The notes: generated by a model from the letters alone, not told the origin. Numbered from the stretch's first letter, positions 32,420-42,638 are shown. The stretch is 58,394 nucleotides of DNA from a bacterium (GCA_965221165.1 CBDCRP010000001.1:1-58394); one strand, 5' to 3'. Numbers and translations are program-made.

Positions 32420-34297
32420 ATGGAACAGGAAACAACACGAGGGGAACGAGTGGCGATTCGCAAGTCCACTGCATTTCAATATGTTCGTAACGCTTTGAAC
32501 CTCAAAGAGATAGATGATTCGACAGCGTCCGGTATCCTAGAACCTCTCCTCCAGAAAAGCGCTGGAAACGGAACGGGCGACCTCCTGAGCGAGGATGAGG
32601 CGGCCCGTTTGCTCTCCCGGCCGTATCTTCCCGAAACCACGTTCGCCGTCGTCGATATCGAGACCACGGGAGGACGCCCCCCCCAACACCGGATTACGGA
32701 GTTGGCCGCCGTCAAGGTTCGCGCCGGCGAGGTGGTGGATTCCTGGGACGCACTGGTCAACCCTGTCCGGGAGATTCCCTGGAACGTCGTTCGCCTCACT
32801 GGAATTACCGACGCCATGGTGGCGGACAAACCGGGGCTGGTAGAGGTGCTGCCTGGATTTCTGGATTTCATTGATGGCTGTGTGTTCGTTGCCCACTGCG
32901 CGAATTTCGATCTCCATTTCCTGAAGTATTACGCGGAAGAATTTCTGGAGCGCGATTTTTCGCCTCAGGTTCTTTGCACGTTTGAATTGGCGAATCAGCT
33001 TCTGCCGGGACAAAAACGCTTCAACCTCGGCGAGTTGGGCGCAATCCTGGGGCTTCCCGATTGGGAGGAGGGCAGGCATCGCGCGTTGGGCGATGCGCAG
33101 GCGACGGCGCACATCTTCATCCGCTTTACGTGGATGTGCCAGCTTTTTGGGGTGGACAGCCTCGAATCCTTGCTCGAGTTTCAGTACCCAGATGAGGAAG
33201 TTTCTCCACCGATGGCGGAGGGCATTCAGCTCGACCCGGCGAAGATTGAATCGCTCCCCTGCGAGCGCGGCGTTTATCATCTGTATGACAAGGACGAAAA
33301 ACTCGTATTCGCGGGGAAGGCCAACGATATACAGCGGGCGGTGCGGGATATGTTTTATCCCAAAAATCGCTCCGCCAGCCGATTCGCTCTCAGGTTGAAG
33401 GGTGTGCGCCATGTGGAGGCGAAGAGCCTGAGAAGCGAACTGGTCATGAACATCGAGGCGTTCAGGGCGATGCAAAAATCCAGTCTCATGAACGGGAACA
33501 TCGCCGTAGCAGGCGGGGGTTTTCTGAGGCTCTCGGCCGATGGAGACCGACCCAAGGTATCTATCGTCTCCCGTCTCGCCCGGGATGGAGCCCGCTACTA
33601 TGGCCCTTTTCGGAAAAAGGCGCAGCTTGCCGAATTGCTGGGGTCCATCTGCGCCGCGTTTCCGCTCCCGCATCAAGTTCCGGGTGGATATGATGACGTA
33701 AAGAAGAGAGGCGCATTCCCGGGCGGAAAAAAACCTCCTCGGCTGCCGGTTCCGGAGTATGAGGAACTGTTCGATGTCTTGAGAGATTTCCTGGAGGGCC
33801 GACTCCGCAAAGATGATGAGAGCGTGTTTTCCCTTTTGCAAAACGCGTGGGGAGAGGAGGGGCCATCGGCAGGTAGGCTGAGGCGCCATATTTCCCGTCT
33901 CCACCACTTGGTGCGGACGTATGGCTTGTCGGGGCCGTCCATCGAAAGGAGAAGGCTCATCATCGTCGAACCCGGTGAGACGCGCGAGCACAGATATTGT
34001 TTTTTCATCAAGGATGGACTACTCGCTCATGAAATGTCGTTCCAGAGAAGCGAGCCACCCGTTCGTGCGCTTGAAGAGAAGATAAGCGAGATATTTCTGG
34101 ACGAGGGCTTGGAAGATCAGGCGGTGGGTCTGCAGAATCTGGACGAAGCGGCGGTGTTCGCGAGTTGGATGAGGCGGGAGTTGATGGATGGGTTCATGCT
34201 GAATCTCACGGGCTACGTTTCCTCTGCCCGCGTGCTCGAAGCGCTGCTTGGGGCTCTCAATGACCCACAGGCGGCGGGAACCACGATAAATCTTTAA
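32420..34297 (+). CDS. DEDDh (DnaQ-like) 3'-5' exonuclease fused to a degenerate GIY-YIG/UvrC-like region
   Basis: VVDIETTG, AHCANFD and HRALGDA intact; LPCERGVYHLYD...FAGKA and YYGPF are UvrC-like. Confidence 0.82.
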   Translation: MEQETTRGERVAIRKSTAFQYVRNALNLKEIDDSTASGILEPLLQKSAGNGTGDLLSEDEAARLLSRPYLPETTFAVVDIETTGGRPPQHRITELAAVKVRAGEVVDSWDALVNPVREIPWNVVRLTGITDAMVADKPGLVEVLPGFLDFIDGCVFVAHCANFDLHFLKYYAEEFLERDFSPQVLCTFELANQLLPGQKRFNLGELGAILGLPDWEEGRHRALGDAQATAHIFIRFTWMCQLFGVDSLESLLEFQYPDEEVSPPMAEGIQLDPAKIESLPCERGVYHLYDKDEKLVFAGKANDIQRAVRDMFYPKNRSASRFALRLKGVRHVEAKSLRSELVMNIEAFRAMQKSSLMNGNIAVAGGGFLRLSADGDRPKVSIVSRLARDGARYYGPFRKKAQLAELLGSICAAFPLPHQVPGGYDDVKKRGAFPGGKKPPRLPVPEYEELFDVLRDFLEGRLRKDDESVFSLLQNAWGEEGPSAGRLRRHISRLHHLVRTYGLSGPSIERRRLIIVEPGETREHRYCFFIKDGLLAHEMSFQRSEPPVRALEEKISEIFLDEGLEDQAVGLQNLDEAAVFASWMRRELMDGFMLNLTGYVSSARVLEALLGALNDPQAAGTTINL

Positions 34298-34357
34298 TAT
34301 CTAGAGCTGCGCCTGGCAGGGCGGGGGCTCGGAATTACCCCGAAAAAAAACATTTTC

Positions 34358-34386
34358 TTGCGCGCCATCCTCTGGTGTGCTATTTT
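34358..34386 (+). promoter_or_regulatory. Putative promoter for the ligase-thiolase operon
   Basis: TTGCGC-17 bp-TATTTT with extended TG. Confidence 0.45.
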
Positions 34387-34490
34387 TTTAATGTCTCTTT
34401 TCGAGATTTTCTTCAACGAATTGAATACGGGTTGTGGGATGCGGGATACCTTTGCTCGCTTTTCTCTTTTCACAAGAAGGTTCCGCGGCC

Positions 34491-35822
34491 ATGGTGGGAA
34501 ACGACGATTTTTGGGATGAGCACATCGAGCGCATGGCGCGGGATGAACTCGCCGCCCTTCAACTCGAACGCCTCAAATGGCAGGTTCGCCGCTGTTATCA
34601 AGAATCCGAATTCTACCGGGAGCGCCTCGACGCGGCGGGCTTAGGCCCCGATTCGGTGCGAACGCTCGAAGATCTTCTGAAAATTCCTTTCGTCACAAAA
34701 CAAGAACTCAGGGATGAACAGCAACATCACCCGCCCTTCGGACGATACACAGTCGCTCCGCCGGAGGCATGGGGAGAGCTTCACCCCTCCACAGGCACGA
34801 CCGGTGTGCCCGTCAGCACGATCTGGAGCAAGAGAGACGTCGAGAGCATCGCGGATTTCACGGCCCGCACGATGTGGAGTTTCGGCGTGCGGCCGGGCGA
34901 TATTGTTCAGAATGCGTTCAGCTACGGCCTGTGGGTCGCCGGGATGAGCGTGCACTACGCCACCCAGAAGATCGGCTGTTTCGTGATCCCCATCGGCGCC
35001 GCCATGACGGAGCGGCAGATACTCTATCTCACTACCCTCGGCTCGACGGTGCTCTTGAGCACGCCGAGCTATGGTTTGTATATTGGTGAAAAACTCACCG
35101 AAAACGGTGTAGACCCTGGGGAGATTCCCCTAAAAATCGGTTCGTTCGGAGGAGAGGTGGGTGCGCAGAACCCCTCCACGCGCTCTCGAATCGAGGCCGC
35201 CCTCGGAGTCGATGCGTATGATTATTACGGGCTGGGCGAGATTGGGCCGACCTTCGCGAGTGAATCGGTGGCGAAATCGGGTCTCATCTGGGCGGAGGAT
35301 CACCACATCATCGAGGTAGTTGACCCCGAGACGAAAAAGTCGGTGCCTGAGGGCGAAGTGGGCATTCTCGTCATCACGCATCTCACGCGCGAGGCCACGC
35401 CCATGCTGCGTTACTGGACGAATGATTTTGCGCGTGTCGATACCTCCCCCAGCCTGTGCGGCAGAACGCACTTGCGCTCGCCCGGGGGCATTCTCGGACG
35501 CCATGACGATCTCGTCATCTACAAGGGGGCGAAGTTCTACCCCATTCAGGTGGAAGAGGTGGTGCGGAGTTTCGCGGGTCTCAGCAACGAGTTTCGGGTG
35601 GAATTGCATCCGGATGAATCGACAGGGCGAGATCGTTGCGTCGTCGTCGCCGAAGCCGCCGAGGGGGATGTGAATTCGGTCTTGAGCGATAAATTGCGCG
35701 ATAAGTTAAGGGCGGAACTCCTGGTGACGCCCGAGGTGGAGGTTTTGCCCGCAGGTTCTTTCGAGAGAACGACTTTCAAGGCGAAAAGATTCGTGGATTT
35801 GCGCGAATCGCGCGTATTATAA
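34491..35822 (+). CDS. Phenylacetate-CoA ligase family protein (PaaK-like)
   Basis: LHPSTGTTGVP, AFSYGLW, YDYYGLGE, PMLRYWTND and GRHDDL. Confidence 0.88.
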   Translation: MVGNDDFWDEHIERMARDELAALQLERLKWQVRRCYQESEFYRERLDAAGLGPDSVRTLEDLLKIPFVTKQELRDEQQHHPPFGRYTVAPPEAWGELHPSTGTTGVPVSTIWSKRDVESIADFTARTMWSFGVRPGDIVQNAFSYGLWVAGMSVHYATQKIGCFVIPIGAAMTERQILYLTTLGSTVLLSTPSYGLYIGEKLTENGVDPGEIPLKIGSFGGEVGAQNPSTRSRIEAALGVDAYDYYGLGEIGPTFASESVAKSGLIWAEDHHIIEVVDPETKKSVPEGEVGILVITHLTREATPMLRYWTNDFARVDTSPSLCGRTHLRSPGGILGRHDDLVIYKGAKFYPIQVEEVVRSFAGLSNEFRVELHPDESTGRDRCVVVAEAAEGDVNSVLSDKLRDKLRAELLVTPEVEVLPAGSFERTTFKAKRFVDLRESRVL

Positions 35823-35842
35823 TGACAGCGAGGGGGTGAGCA

Positions 35843-37003
35843 GTGCGGGACGTATCGATTATCGGAGTGGGTATCACGCCCTTTGGCGTGCGTAAGGAGA
35901 GCCTCATCGCCCTGGGCGCTATCGCTTGCAGAAACGCGCTCGGGGAGGCGGGCCTTGCCCCTGAACGGGTCGAAGCGTTTTTTCTAGGAAATTTCGCTGG
36001 CCAGGCTTTCGTCGGACAAAACCACATCGCGCCCATGGTGGCACACGCGGCGGGGCTGGCCGCAATACCCTGTACCCGTCTCGAGGGCGCTTGCGCCTCG
36101 GGGGGGCTCGCCATGCGCCAGGGGGTGTTGGCCGTTGCCTCAGGCCAGGTGGATTTCGCCCTCATCGCAGGGGTAGAGAAGATGACGACGGCAGAGACGG
36201 ACGAGACGGCCTCCATCCTTGCTGCCGCCGGGGACGTGGCGGTGGAGGCGCGCGTCGGCTCCACGTTTCCCGCCCTTTTCGGGCTCATCGCCCGCCGTCA
36301 CATGTATGAGCATGGAACGACGCGCGAGGAGATTGCCCACGTGGCGGTAAAAAACCACGCCCACGGCAAGCTCAACCCCAACGCCCATATGCAAAAGGAC
36401 GTGACGCTTCCCCAGGTGCTGGACGCCAAGTCCGTGGCCGATCCGCTCGGGCTGTTCGATTGCTCGCTCATCAGCGATGGTGCGGCGGCCGTCGTCCTGT
36501 GCCCTACAGAAATCGCTTCCGCGCATCACGAAAAGCCCATCGCGGTTCTCGCATCGGCGCAGGCTTCGGATTCTCCCGCGCTCTCCGACAAGCGCGACAT
36601 CACCTCCTTTTATGCTACCCAAAAGGCGGGGGAGGATGCCTTCTCCCAAGCGCGCCTCAGCCGAGAGGATGTCGATCTCGCCGAGATTCACGATTGTTTC
36701 ACGGTCGCTGAGATCATAGCGCTCGAGGATTTGGGGTTTTTCGCCAAAGGCGAGGGAGGTCGCGGTGCGCTAGAGGGGATGACGAAACTCGGAGGCACGA
36801 TGCCGGTGAACACCAGCGGCGGGCTGAAATCGAAAGGCCATCCGGTGGGGGCGACAGGCGTGGCGCAGATTCATGAACTCACGCTTCAGTTACGCGATGA
36901 GGCGGGGGCGCGCCAGGTTCCAGGCGCCGAGGTGGGTCTGGCCCATAATCTGGGAGGTTCGGGCGCCACTTGCGCCGTGCATATTCTGGGGGCGACCGCC
37001 TGA
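35843..37003 (+). CDS. SCP2/archaeal-type thiolase
   Basis: EGACASG (catalytic Cys), GVEKM, EIHDCF, GHPVGATG and HNLGG. Confidence 0.92.
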   Translation: MRDVSIIGVGITPFGVRKESLIALGAIACRNALGEAGLAPERVEAFFLGNFAGQAFVGQNHIAPMVAHAAGLAAIPCTRLEGACASGGLAMRQGVLAVASGQVDFALIAGVEKMTTAETDETASILAAAGDVAVEARVGSTFPALFGLIARRHMYEHGTTREEIAHVAVKNHAHGKLNPNAHMQKDVTLPQVLDAKSVADPLGLFDCSLISDGAAAVVLCPTEIASAHHEKPIAVLASAQASDSPALSDKRDITSFYATQKAGEDAFSQARLSREDVDLAEIHDCFTVAEIIALEDLGFFAKGEGGRGALEGMTKLGGTMPVNTSGGLKSKGHPVGATGVAQIHELTLQLRDEAGARQVPGAEVGLAHNLGGSGATCAVHILGATA

Positions 37004-37029
37004 GCGCGGAGAAGGGCGGATGATTACGC

Positions 37030-37335
37030 ATGGAGATTTTCGTTTGTGCCGGATGCGGGCGCATTCATCTGGAGAGGGCGGAGCGCTGCGGGCATTGCGG
37101 CGGCGAGATGAGGGAGAAGCAAGCCTCCGGGCGGGGAATCGTTTATAGCTTCTCATCCGTTCACATGGGAGCCAAGGGTATGCCGACGCCTTACCTGATC
37201 GCCTTGGTCGAACTCGAAGAAGGGGGGCGAATTCTGGCCCGCCTGGCGGATGATGAGGAAGGCGAGCCGTCCATCGGCGATCAGGTGGTTTTTTCCGATT
37301 TTTCGGATGCCGGGCCTGTTTTTCGGAAGTTTTGA
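37030..37335 (+). CDS. DUF35 Zn-ribbon/OB-fold protein (thiolase partner)
   Basis: CxxC...CxxC (CAGC, CGHC), GIVYSFS and PYLIALVELEEG. Confidence 0.9.
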   Translation: MEIFVCAGCGRIHLERAERCGHCGGEMREKQASGRGIVYSFSSVHMGAKGMPTPYLIALVELEEGGRILARLADDEEGEPSIGDQVVFSDFSDAGPVFRKF

Positions 37336-37347
37336 GGACATGCGTTG

Positions 37348-38733
37348 GTGAATTTAATCGACAAGGAAGCGATTCGCGCCAAGGCGCTCTTCGTCGGTGA
37401 TCTCACGCCGGGTAGGGAGGCTATGCTCGGCGGCTTGCGGAACATCGGAATGAAGGCGCTTCATTTTGAGACTCCCTATAAAGCGCGCTCCCGAATGGAT
37501 TGGTGCGATTTTATTCTCTATGGGGCAGCCGATCCCGCCGACATGGCCCCGATCCGAAGAATCGGGGAGACGGGCAAGCCGTTCGCTGCGGTGCTGCGCC
37601 CCAAGGATAAGGGGTTCACGCCCTTGAACATAAAGTCAGGCGCGCGAACCGTTTTTGTCGACGAGGTGCACCCTGAGGAAGTGTTTCAGTTTTCTCGGGG
37701 TTTGAGCGAGGAGGGTTTTCTTCGAAGAGAGCTAAGGTGGCTCCGTACCGAGGCGAGGGAAGAGCACGGCGGATGGCGGTTCGAGGGGACGAGTGCGGCG
37801 GCCGAGAGGCTCAGGCGTTCGATTCAGCTTACGGGGCAGAAATACCGGAGCATTCTCCTGGAGGGGGAGAAGGGGTTGAATTTTCAACTCGTCGCCCGCG
37901 CGCTGCATTCCCAGTATCCCGGGGGGCGCCACCCGTTTCTGCATTGGGGACCGAAAATGAGACGCGCCTCGACCCTGGAGAAGGCCATCAAGCGCATGGA
38001 AGAGAAGCGTGGTGAAGAGGGGGATATCGTCGAAAAAGGGGGTACGCTCTTCATTGAAGATGCCCAGCTTATCAGCAGAGATCAACAGAAGGCGTTAGCC
38101 AATGTTTTGAGGAAAAAGAGCCTCTCGCAGGAGTTTCGTGTGATATTCGGCTGCACGCACGATCCCGAAAAACTGATACAGGACAAAATTCTCAAGCGTC
38201 TGTATCATGAAGAAACGACCTGCATCATCAAGATTCCCCCCCTGCGCGAGAGAAAAAAGGATATTTCGCTCGTGGCCCAGGGGATTCTCGATGAATTTTC
38301 ACGGCGCGTCGGGCGGCCGAGGAGGCGAATTACGCCGGCGGCGATAGAGTGGTTTAGCGGACAAAAGTGGTGGGGAAATGAAGCCGAACTAGAGATGTCC
38401 GTGTGTCGCGCCTTCCTGGTGAGTGAGGGAGACTCAATTTCACTCGATGATTTGAGTCCCTCTCCCCGGAGGAGGAGAACCAGCGACATCGAGGGCTTTT
38501 TTCGAGAAAGACTCTCCTCGGTGGTCACCTCCCTGGGTGATGGTGAGAACAGTGACTTCTATCAGCACACCATTCGCAGCGTCGAGAAACCCTTGCTCGA
38601 ACTGGTACTCCGCGAAGCGGGTGGAAACCAGGTGCAGGCGTCGCGTCTGTTGGGTATGAACCGCAACACATTGAGAAGAAAGCTCCAGGAATTCGGACTC
38701 ACCAAAACAGCTGCCTCCACCCGCCGGAGGTAG
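37348..38733 (+). CDS. NtrC-like regulator with degenerate sigma54-activator AAA+ domain and Fis-type HTH
   Basis: ARALH, GGTLFIED, IPPLRERKKDI, WWGN and GGNQVQASRLLGMNRNTLRRK; no GAFTGA and no Walker A Lys. Confidence 0.8.
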   Translation: MNLIDKEAIRAKALFVGDLTPGREAMLGGLRNIGMKALHFETPYKARSRMDWCDFILYGAADPADMAPIRRIGETGKPFAAVLRPKDKGFTPLNIKSGARTVFVDEVHPEEVFQFSRGLSEEGFLRRELRWLRTEAREEHGGWRFEGTSAAAERLRRSIQLTGQKYRSILLEGEKGLNFQLVARALHSQYPGGRHPFLHWGPKMRRASTLEKAIKRMEEKRGEEGDIVEKGGTLFIEDAQLISRDQQKALANVLRKKSLSQEFRVIFGCTHDPEKLIQDKILKRLYHEETTCIIKIPPLRERKKDISLVAQGILDEFSRRVGRPRRRITPAAIEWFSGQKWWGNEAELEMSVCRAFLVSEGDSISLDDLSPSPRRRRTSDIEGFFRERLSSVVTSLGDGENSDFYQHTIRSVEKPLLELVLREAGGNQVQASRLLGMNRNTLRRKLQEFGLTKTAASTRRR

Positions 38734-38738
38734 AATTT

Positions 38739-39500
38739 TTGATATATCGAGGCGATGGGTTCGCCGCGGTCATCCTCGCCGCCGGGCAGGGAAAGCGCAT
38801 GGGATCCCCGCTTGCGAAGGTGCTGCACCCCGTGGGCGGAAAGCCCATGATCCGCCATGTCGTGAGTACCGCGAGAGAGGCGGGTGCTGTTCCCATCGTC
38901 ATCGTCGTGGGCCATCAGGCCCGCGATGTTCGGGAGGCGTTTTCAGGCGATGAGGAGGGACTTCTCTTCGCCGTTCAGGAAGAACAACTCGGTACGGGCC
39001 ATGCTGCAGAGGTGGGCTTGTCCGCCCTGGAGGATGGGGATGGGCATCTTTTTTTGTTGTGTGGTGATGCGCCCTTGATACGGACTTCGACTTTAAGGCG
39101 GTTGAGCCGCCTCCATGGGGAGGAGCGCGCGGCCGCCACCATGCTCACGGCCATCATTGATGAGCCGCTTGGATATGGTCGCGTGATGCGCGAGGGTGCG
39201 GAGCTCATCGGCGTGGTGGAGGAGGTGGACGCAACGGATGAGCAGAAAAAAATTCTCGAGATCAACACGGGCGCATACGCCTTCGAGGTTTCTTTCCTGC
39301 GAGCCGCCCTCAAGCGACTCAGACCCGAGAACAATCAAAGGGAGTTCTATCTGCCCGATGTCTTTCCCATTGCGCGCGCTGCGGGCCGCGTGATTCTCGG
39401 CGTTCCTCTTGCAGCGCCCGAGGAGGCGCTGGGTGTGAACACGAAAGCGGATTTGCGCCGCGCCCAGGAAATCCACGAGAAGAGGAATTTCAAGCCCTAA
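38739..39500 (+). CDS. Stand-alone GlmU-type uridyltransferase domain
   Basis: LAAGQGKRM..KVLHPVGGKPM, QEEQLGTGHA, GDAPLI, GYGRV, EINTG, NNQREFYLPD and GVN; ends before the LbH domain. Confidence 0.85.
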   Translation: MIYRGDGFAAVILAAGQGKRMGSPLAKVLHPVGGKPMIRHVVSTAREAGAVPIVIVVGHQARDVREAFSGDEEGLLFAVQEEQLGTGHAAEVGLSALEDGDGHLFLLCGDAPLIRTSTLRRLSRLHGEERAAATMLTAIIDEPLGYGRVMREGAELIGVVEEVDATDEQKKILEINTGAYAFEVSFLRAALKRLRPENNQREFYLPDVFPIARAAGRVILGVPLAAPEEALGVNTKADLRRAQEIHEKRNFKP

Positions 39501-39522
39501 GACGCACATAGCCCCTCGATTC

Positions 39523-39531
39523 TGCTATAAT
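39523..39531 (+). promoter_or_regulatory. Extended -10 promoter
   Basis: TGCTATAAT about 75 bp upstream of the next CDS. Confidence 0.55.
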
Positions 39532-39607
39532 TTCGCGGGCTAGATGAAAAAATGAACGAAAACACCCGTTTTGGGGCCATTTTCAACGAATTTTGGGAAG
39601 GTTTCTC

Positions 39608-40813
39608 GTGCGAGCATTGATTCTGGCGGCCGGCCGCGGGGCTGGTTTATACCCTTTCACGAATACCCGGCCAAAGGCCATGCTGCCCGTGGCGGGCGAG
39701 ATGCTCCTGCACTCGGCGTTGAAAAAGATACGGGCCGCCGGTGTAAGCGACCTCGTCGTCGTCGTCGGGCATCGCGCCGACAAGATCATCAACGAATTCG
39801 GGCAGGGTTCGCGCTACGGGATGACGATTCAGTACATCCGCCAGGAGGAGCCCACGGGAATCCGCGACGCCATCAGTCTCGCGAAAGGGCATTTTCAGGA
39901 GGATGAGTCGTTTTTGCTGGTGTACGCGGACGTGTTGGCTTCGGCGAACATGTACCGGCAGGTCGTTCAAGCGTTCGGCTCTTTTCATCAGCCCGTGGCG
40001 GCGATTTGCCATACCCCCCATGCCCAGAACTACGGCACGGTGTATCTCGGCAAGGACATGCAGATAGAGCGCCTGGTGGAAAAGCCCGTGGAGCGCGAAG
40101 TGGGCAACTATGTTCTGGCCGGCGTGTTCGTCATGCCCTACCGGCTGTTCGATTTGCTGGAGAGCCTCGAGATGGATGAGGCGCTCAATGAATTGTGTGC
40201 AGGCGAGGGTCTGCGCTCCTCGATTTGGGAGGAACCCTGGCTGGACGCTCAGCATCCCTGGGATCTGCTCAAGGGCAATCGGATGGTCATGGACACCTGG
40301 AACGAGGCCCGCGTGGATGGAAGCGTGCGGCTTCGGGGCGCGGTACAGTTTCGCGGACCCGTGGTGATCGAAAAAAACGTGGTGATCGAATCGGGAGCTT
40401 CCATCTTCGGCCCATGCTTCATCGGGGAGAATACGTTCCTGGGAAACGGGGTTCTGGTACGCCCCTACACGGCCATCGGAGCGAACGCAATCATCGGTTT
40501 CGGCGTGGAACTCAAGAACTGCATCCTGTTCAACGGCGTTCGGGTGGGGCGCTTGTCCTTCGTGGGGGATAGCGTTATCGGCGAGGACGCGGTCGTGGGC
40601 TCGGGGGCGATGACGCTGATCCAGAATCTGGACGAATCCCGTATCGAGGTTCGCATGCCGGAGGGAAACATTGATTCCGGCCTCGACAAGGTGGGCTCCT
40701 TCCTGGGCGATGGCGTCAAGGTAGGGGCATCGAATACGCTGGCCTCGGGCACCGTTGTTCCGCCCAGGGAGGTCATTCCGCATTACTATACCTATCCGCG
40801 AGGAGAGAATTAG
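39608..40813 (+). CDS. Bifunctional sugar-1-phosphate nucleotidyltransferase/acetyltransferase (archaeal GlmU-like)
   Basis: ALILAAGRG..PFTNTRPKAMLPVAG, VEKP, PWDLL, LbH repeats (VELKNC, LSFVGDSVIG); GTG start after GGAAGG. Confidence 0.85.
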   Translation: MRALILAAGRGAGLYPFTNTRPKAMLPVAGEMLLHSALKKIRAAGVSDLVVVVGHRADKIINEFGQGSRYGMTIQYIRQEEPTGIRDAISLAKGHFQEDESFLLVYADVLASANMYRQVVQAFGSFHQPVAAICHTPHAQNYGTVYLGKDMQIERLVEKPVEREVGNYVLAGVFVMPYRLFDLLESLEMDEALNELCAGEGLRSSIWEEPWLDAQHPWDLLKGNRMVMDTWNEARVDGSVRLRGAVQFRGPVVIEKNVVIESGASIFGPCFIGENTFLGNGVLVRPYTAIGANAIIGFGVELKNCILFNGVRVGRLSFVGDSVIGEDAVVGSGAMTLIQNLDESRIEVRMPEGNIDSGLDKVGSFLGDGVKVGASNTLASGTVVPPREVIPHYYTYPRGEN

Positions 40814-40814
40814 G

Positions 40815-42638
40815 ATGTGCGGCATCGCGGGCATGGCGGCGAGTGCGAATGTCTCGCAAAAACTCCTGCGCTCGATAGCCGCCCTGGAATACCGGGGGTA
40901 CGACTCCTGCGGCATGGCCGTTCAAAGAAACGGGACGATAGACATCCGAAAGAACGTGGGCACCGTGGAGGCGGTGAATTCCCTCGAGCGCTTCACGGAC
41001 ATGAAGGGCCTCGTGGGCATCGCGCATACGCGCTGGGCGACGCACGGCGGGGTGACGCAGGCGAACGCGCACCCCCACGCGGACAACGAAAGCCGTCTCG
41101 CCGTGGTCCACAACGGTATCATCTCGAACTACAAGGAACTCAAGGAGAGGCTCTCGCGCGATGGCGCTGCGTTTCGCTCCGAGACGGATTCTGAGGTCAT
41201 CGCGCACCTGGTGGCGCAAAAAATAGCGCGAAACGGCCAGGACGTGGAGGAGGGTTTCGTCGAGGCGATAGAGGAACTCGAGGGCACTTTCGCCATGGCG
41301 ATCATCTCGGTCGACGCGCCGGGCAGGATTTTCTGCGTGAAGCGCGAGTCGCCCCTCATCATCGGTCTGGGGGATGACGCCAACTACGTGGGCTCTGATT
41401 TCAGCGCGTTCTTCGAGTTCACTCGCCAGGCGATCATCATGGAAGATGGCGAATATGCGGTCCTCACGCCCGAGAGCCACGCGGTCAAGAGTCTGCTCAC
41501 CAGAGAGCGCGTCGACAAGGAAGTCACCGAGATCGAGTGGGACGCGGAGAAGGCACGCCGGGGCGGTTACCCGCATTTCATGCTCAAGGAAATTTATGAC
41601 CAGCCCACTACCATCCAGGCCGCCCTCCAGATACCCAGAGAGGATATCCAGGCCCTGGCCGAAATGATTCATGAATCGCGGCATTGTTTTCTGGGCGGAG
41701 TGGGAACGACCTACTACATCGCGTCGATGGGTCAGTATTTCTTCAGCCGCCTGGGCGGGAAGTATCTGCCCGTCGTCAGTACGGACGAGTTTTCCCACAT
41801 AGTGGAAATCGGGCCTGAAGATAGTTTTTGCGCCATTAGCCAGTCGGGGGAGACCTATGACACCCTGAGCGCCCTGCGCCATGCGAAATCGAAAGGGGCC
41901 AGAACGGCGGGCGTCGTGAATATGATGGGTTCCACCCTGGTTCGTTCGGTGGACGTTCCGATTCTCCAGGGCGCCGGTCCGGAAAAATGCGTCATCAGCA
42001 CCAAGACGGCCCTGAGCCAGTCGGTCATATTGCTGCTTGCATCGATGGAACTGGGATTGTTGGCGAGCCGCTTGAGCGAAGCGCAAGTCGTGGCGCTCAG
42101 AGAGGAGGTCTCCTCTTTGTCGGATCTGGTGCTCAATACGCTCAACGAACGCTCGGGTTTTTTCCATGCGGCGGCGCAGGCGCATCAGCACATGAAGAAC
42201 TGGCTCTACCTAGGCCGGGGCATCTACTACCCGGCGGCGCTCGAGTGCGCGCTCAAGATGAAGGAGGTCACCTACCTCCACGCGGAGGGGATGAGCGCGG
42301 GCTTTCTCAAGCACGGAACCATCTCCCTCATAGACGAGAACATGCACACAATAGTCCTGATGCCCACGCCCGAGGAGGCCGAGCTTCACGCACTCACGCG
42401 AAGCAGCGCGGAGGAAGTTCGCGCGCGCGGCGGCTTCGTCCTGGGATATCGTTTCGAGGGAGACGAGGTGGTGGATGGGCTGTTCAGCGAGGAAATCGTG
42501 TTGCCCAGGGTGTCCGCTCTGCTCGCACCCTTCCTGCATCTGGTCTCGGGGCAGTTGCTGGCCTACTTCCTCGCGGTGGCCTTGAAGAGGGACGTCGACA
42601 GGCCGCGCGCCCTGGCGAAGTCCGTCACTGTCGCTTAA
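40815..42638 (+). CDS. glmS: Glutamine-fructose-6-phosphate transaminase
   Basis: MCGI, LEYRGYDS, AHTRWATHG, SQSGET, ALKMKE and LAKSVTV. Confidence 0.97.
   Translation: MCGIAGMAASANVSQKLLRSIAALEYRGYDSCGMAVQRNGTIDIRKNVGTVEAVNSLERFTDMKGLVGIAHTRWATHGGVTQANAHPHADNESRLAVVHNGIISNYKELKERLSRDGAAFRSETDSEVIAHLVAQKIARNGQDVEEGFVEAIEELEGTFAMAIISVDAPGRIFCVKRESPLIIGLGDDANYVGSDFSAFFEFTRQAIIMEDGEYAVLTPESHAVKSLLTRERVDKEVTEIEWDAEKARRGGYPHFMLKEIYDQPTTIQAALQIPREDIQALAEMIHESRHCFLGGVGTTYYIASMGQYFFSRLGGKYLPVVSTDEFSHIVEIGPEDSFCAISQSGETYDTLSALRHAKSKGARTAGVVNMMGSTLVRSVDVPILQGAGPEKCVISTKTALSQSVILLLASMELGLLASRLSEAQVVALREEVSSLSDLVLNTLNERSGFFHAAAQAHQHMKNWLYLGRGIYYPAALECALKMKEVTYLHAEGMSAGFLKHGTISLIDENMHTIVLMPTPEEAELHALTRSSAEEVRARGGFVLGYRFEGDEVVDGLFSEEIVLPRVSALLAPFLHLVSGQLLAYFLAVALKRDVDRPRALAKSVTVA

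Noticed and set aside
39647-42191. Long antisense ORFs over the glm genes (and similar shadows elsewhere, e.g. 32537-33991)
   Set aside because: Expected shadow frames of GC-rich coding sequence opposite well-supported genes.
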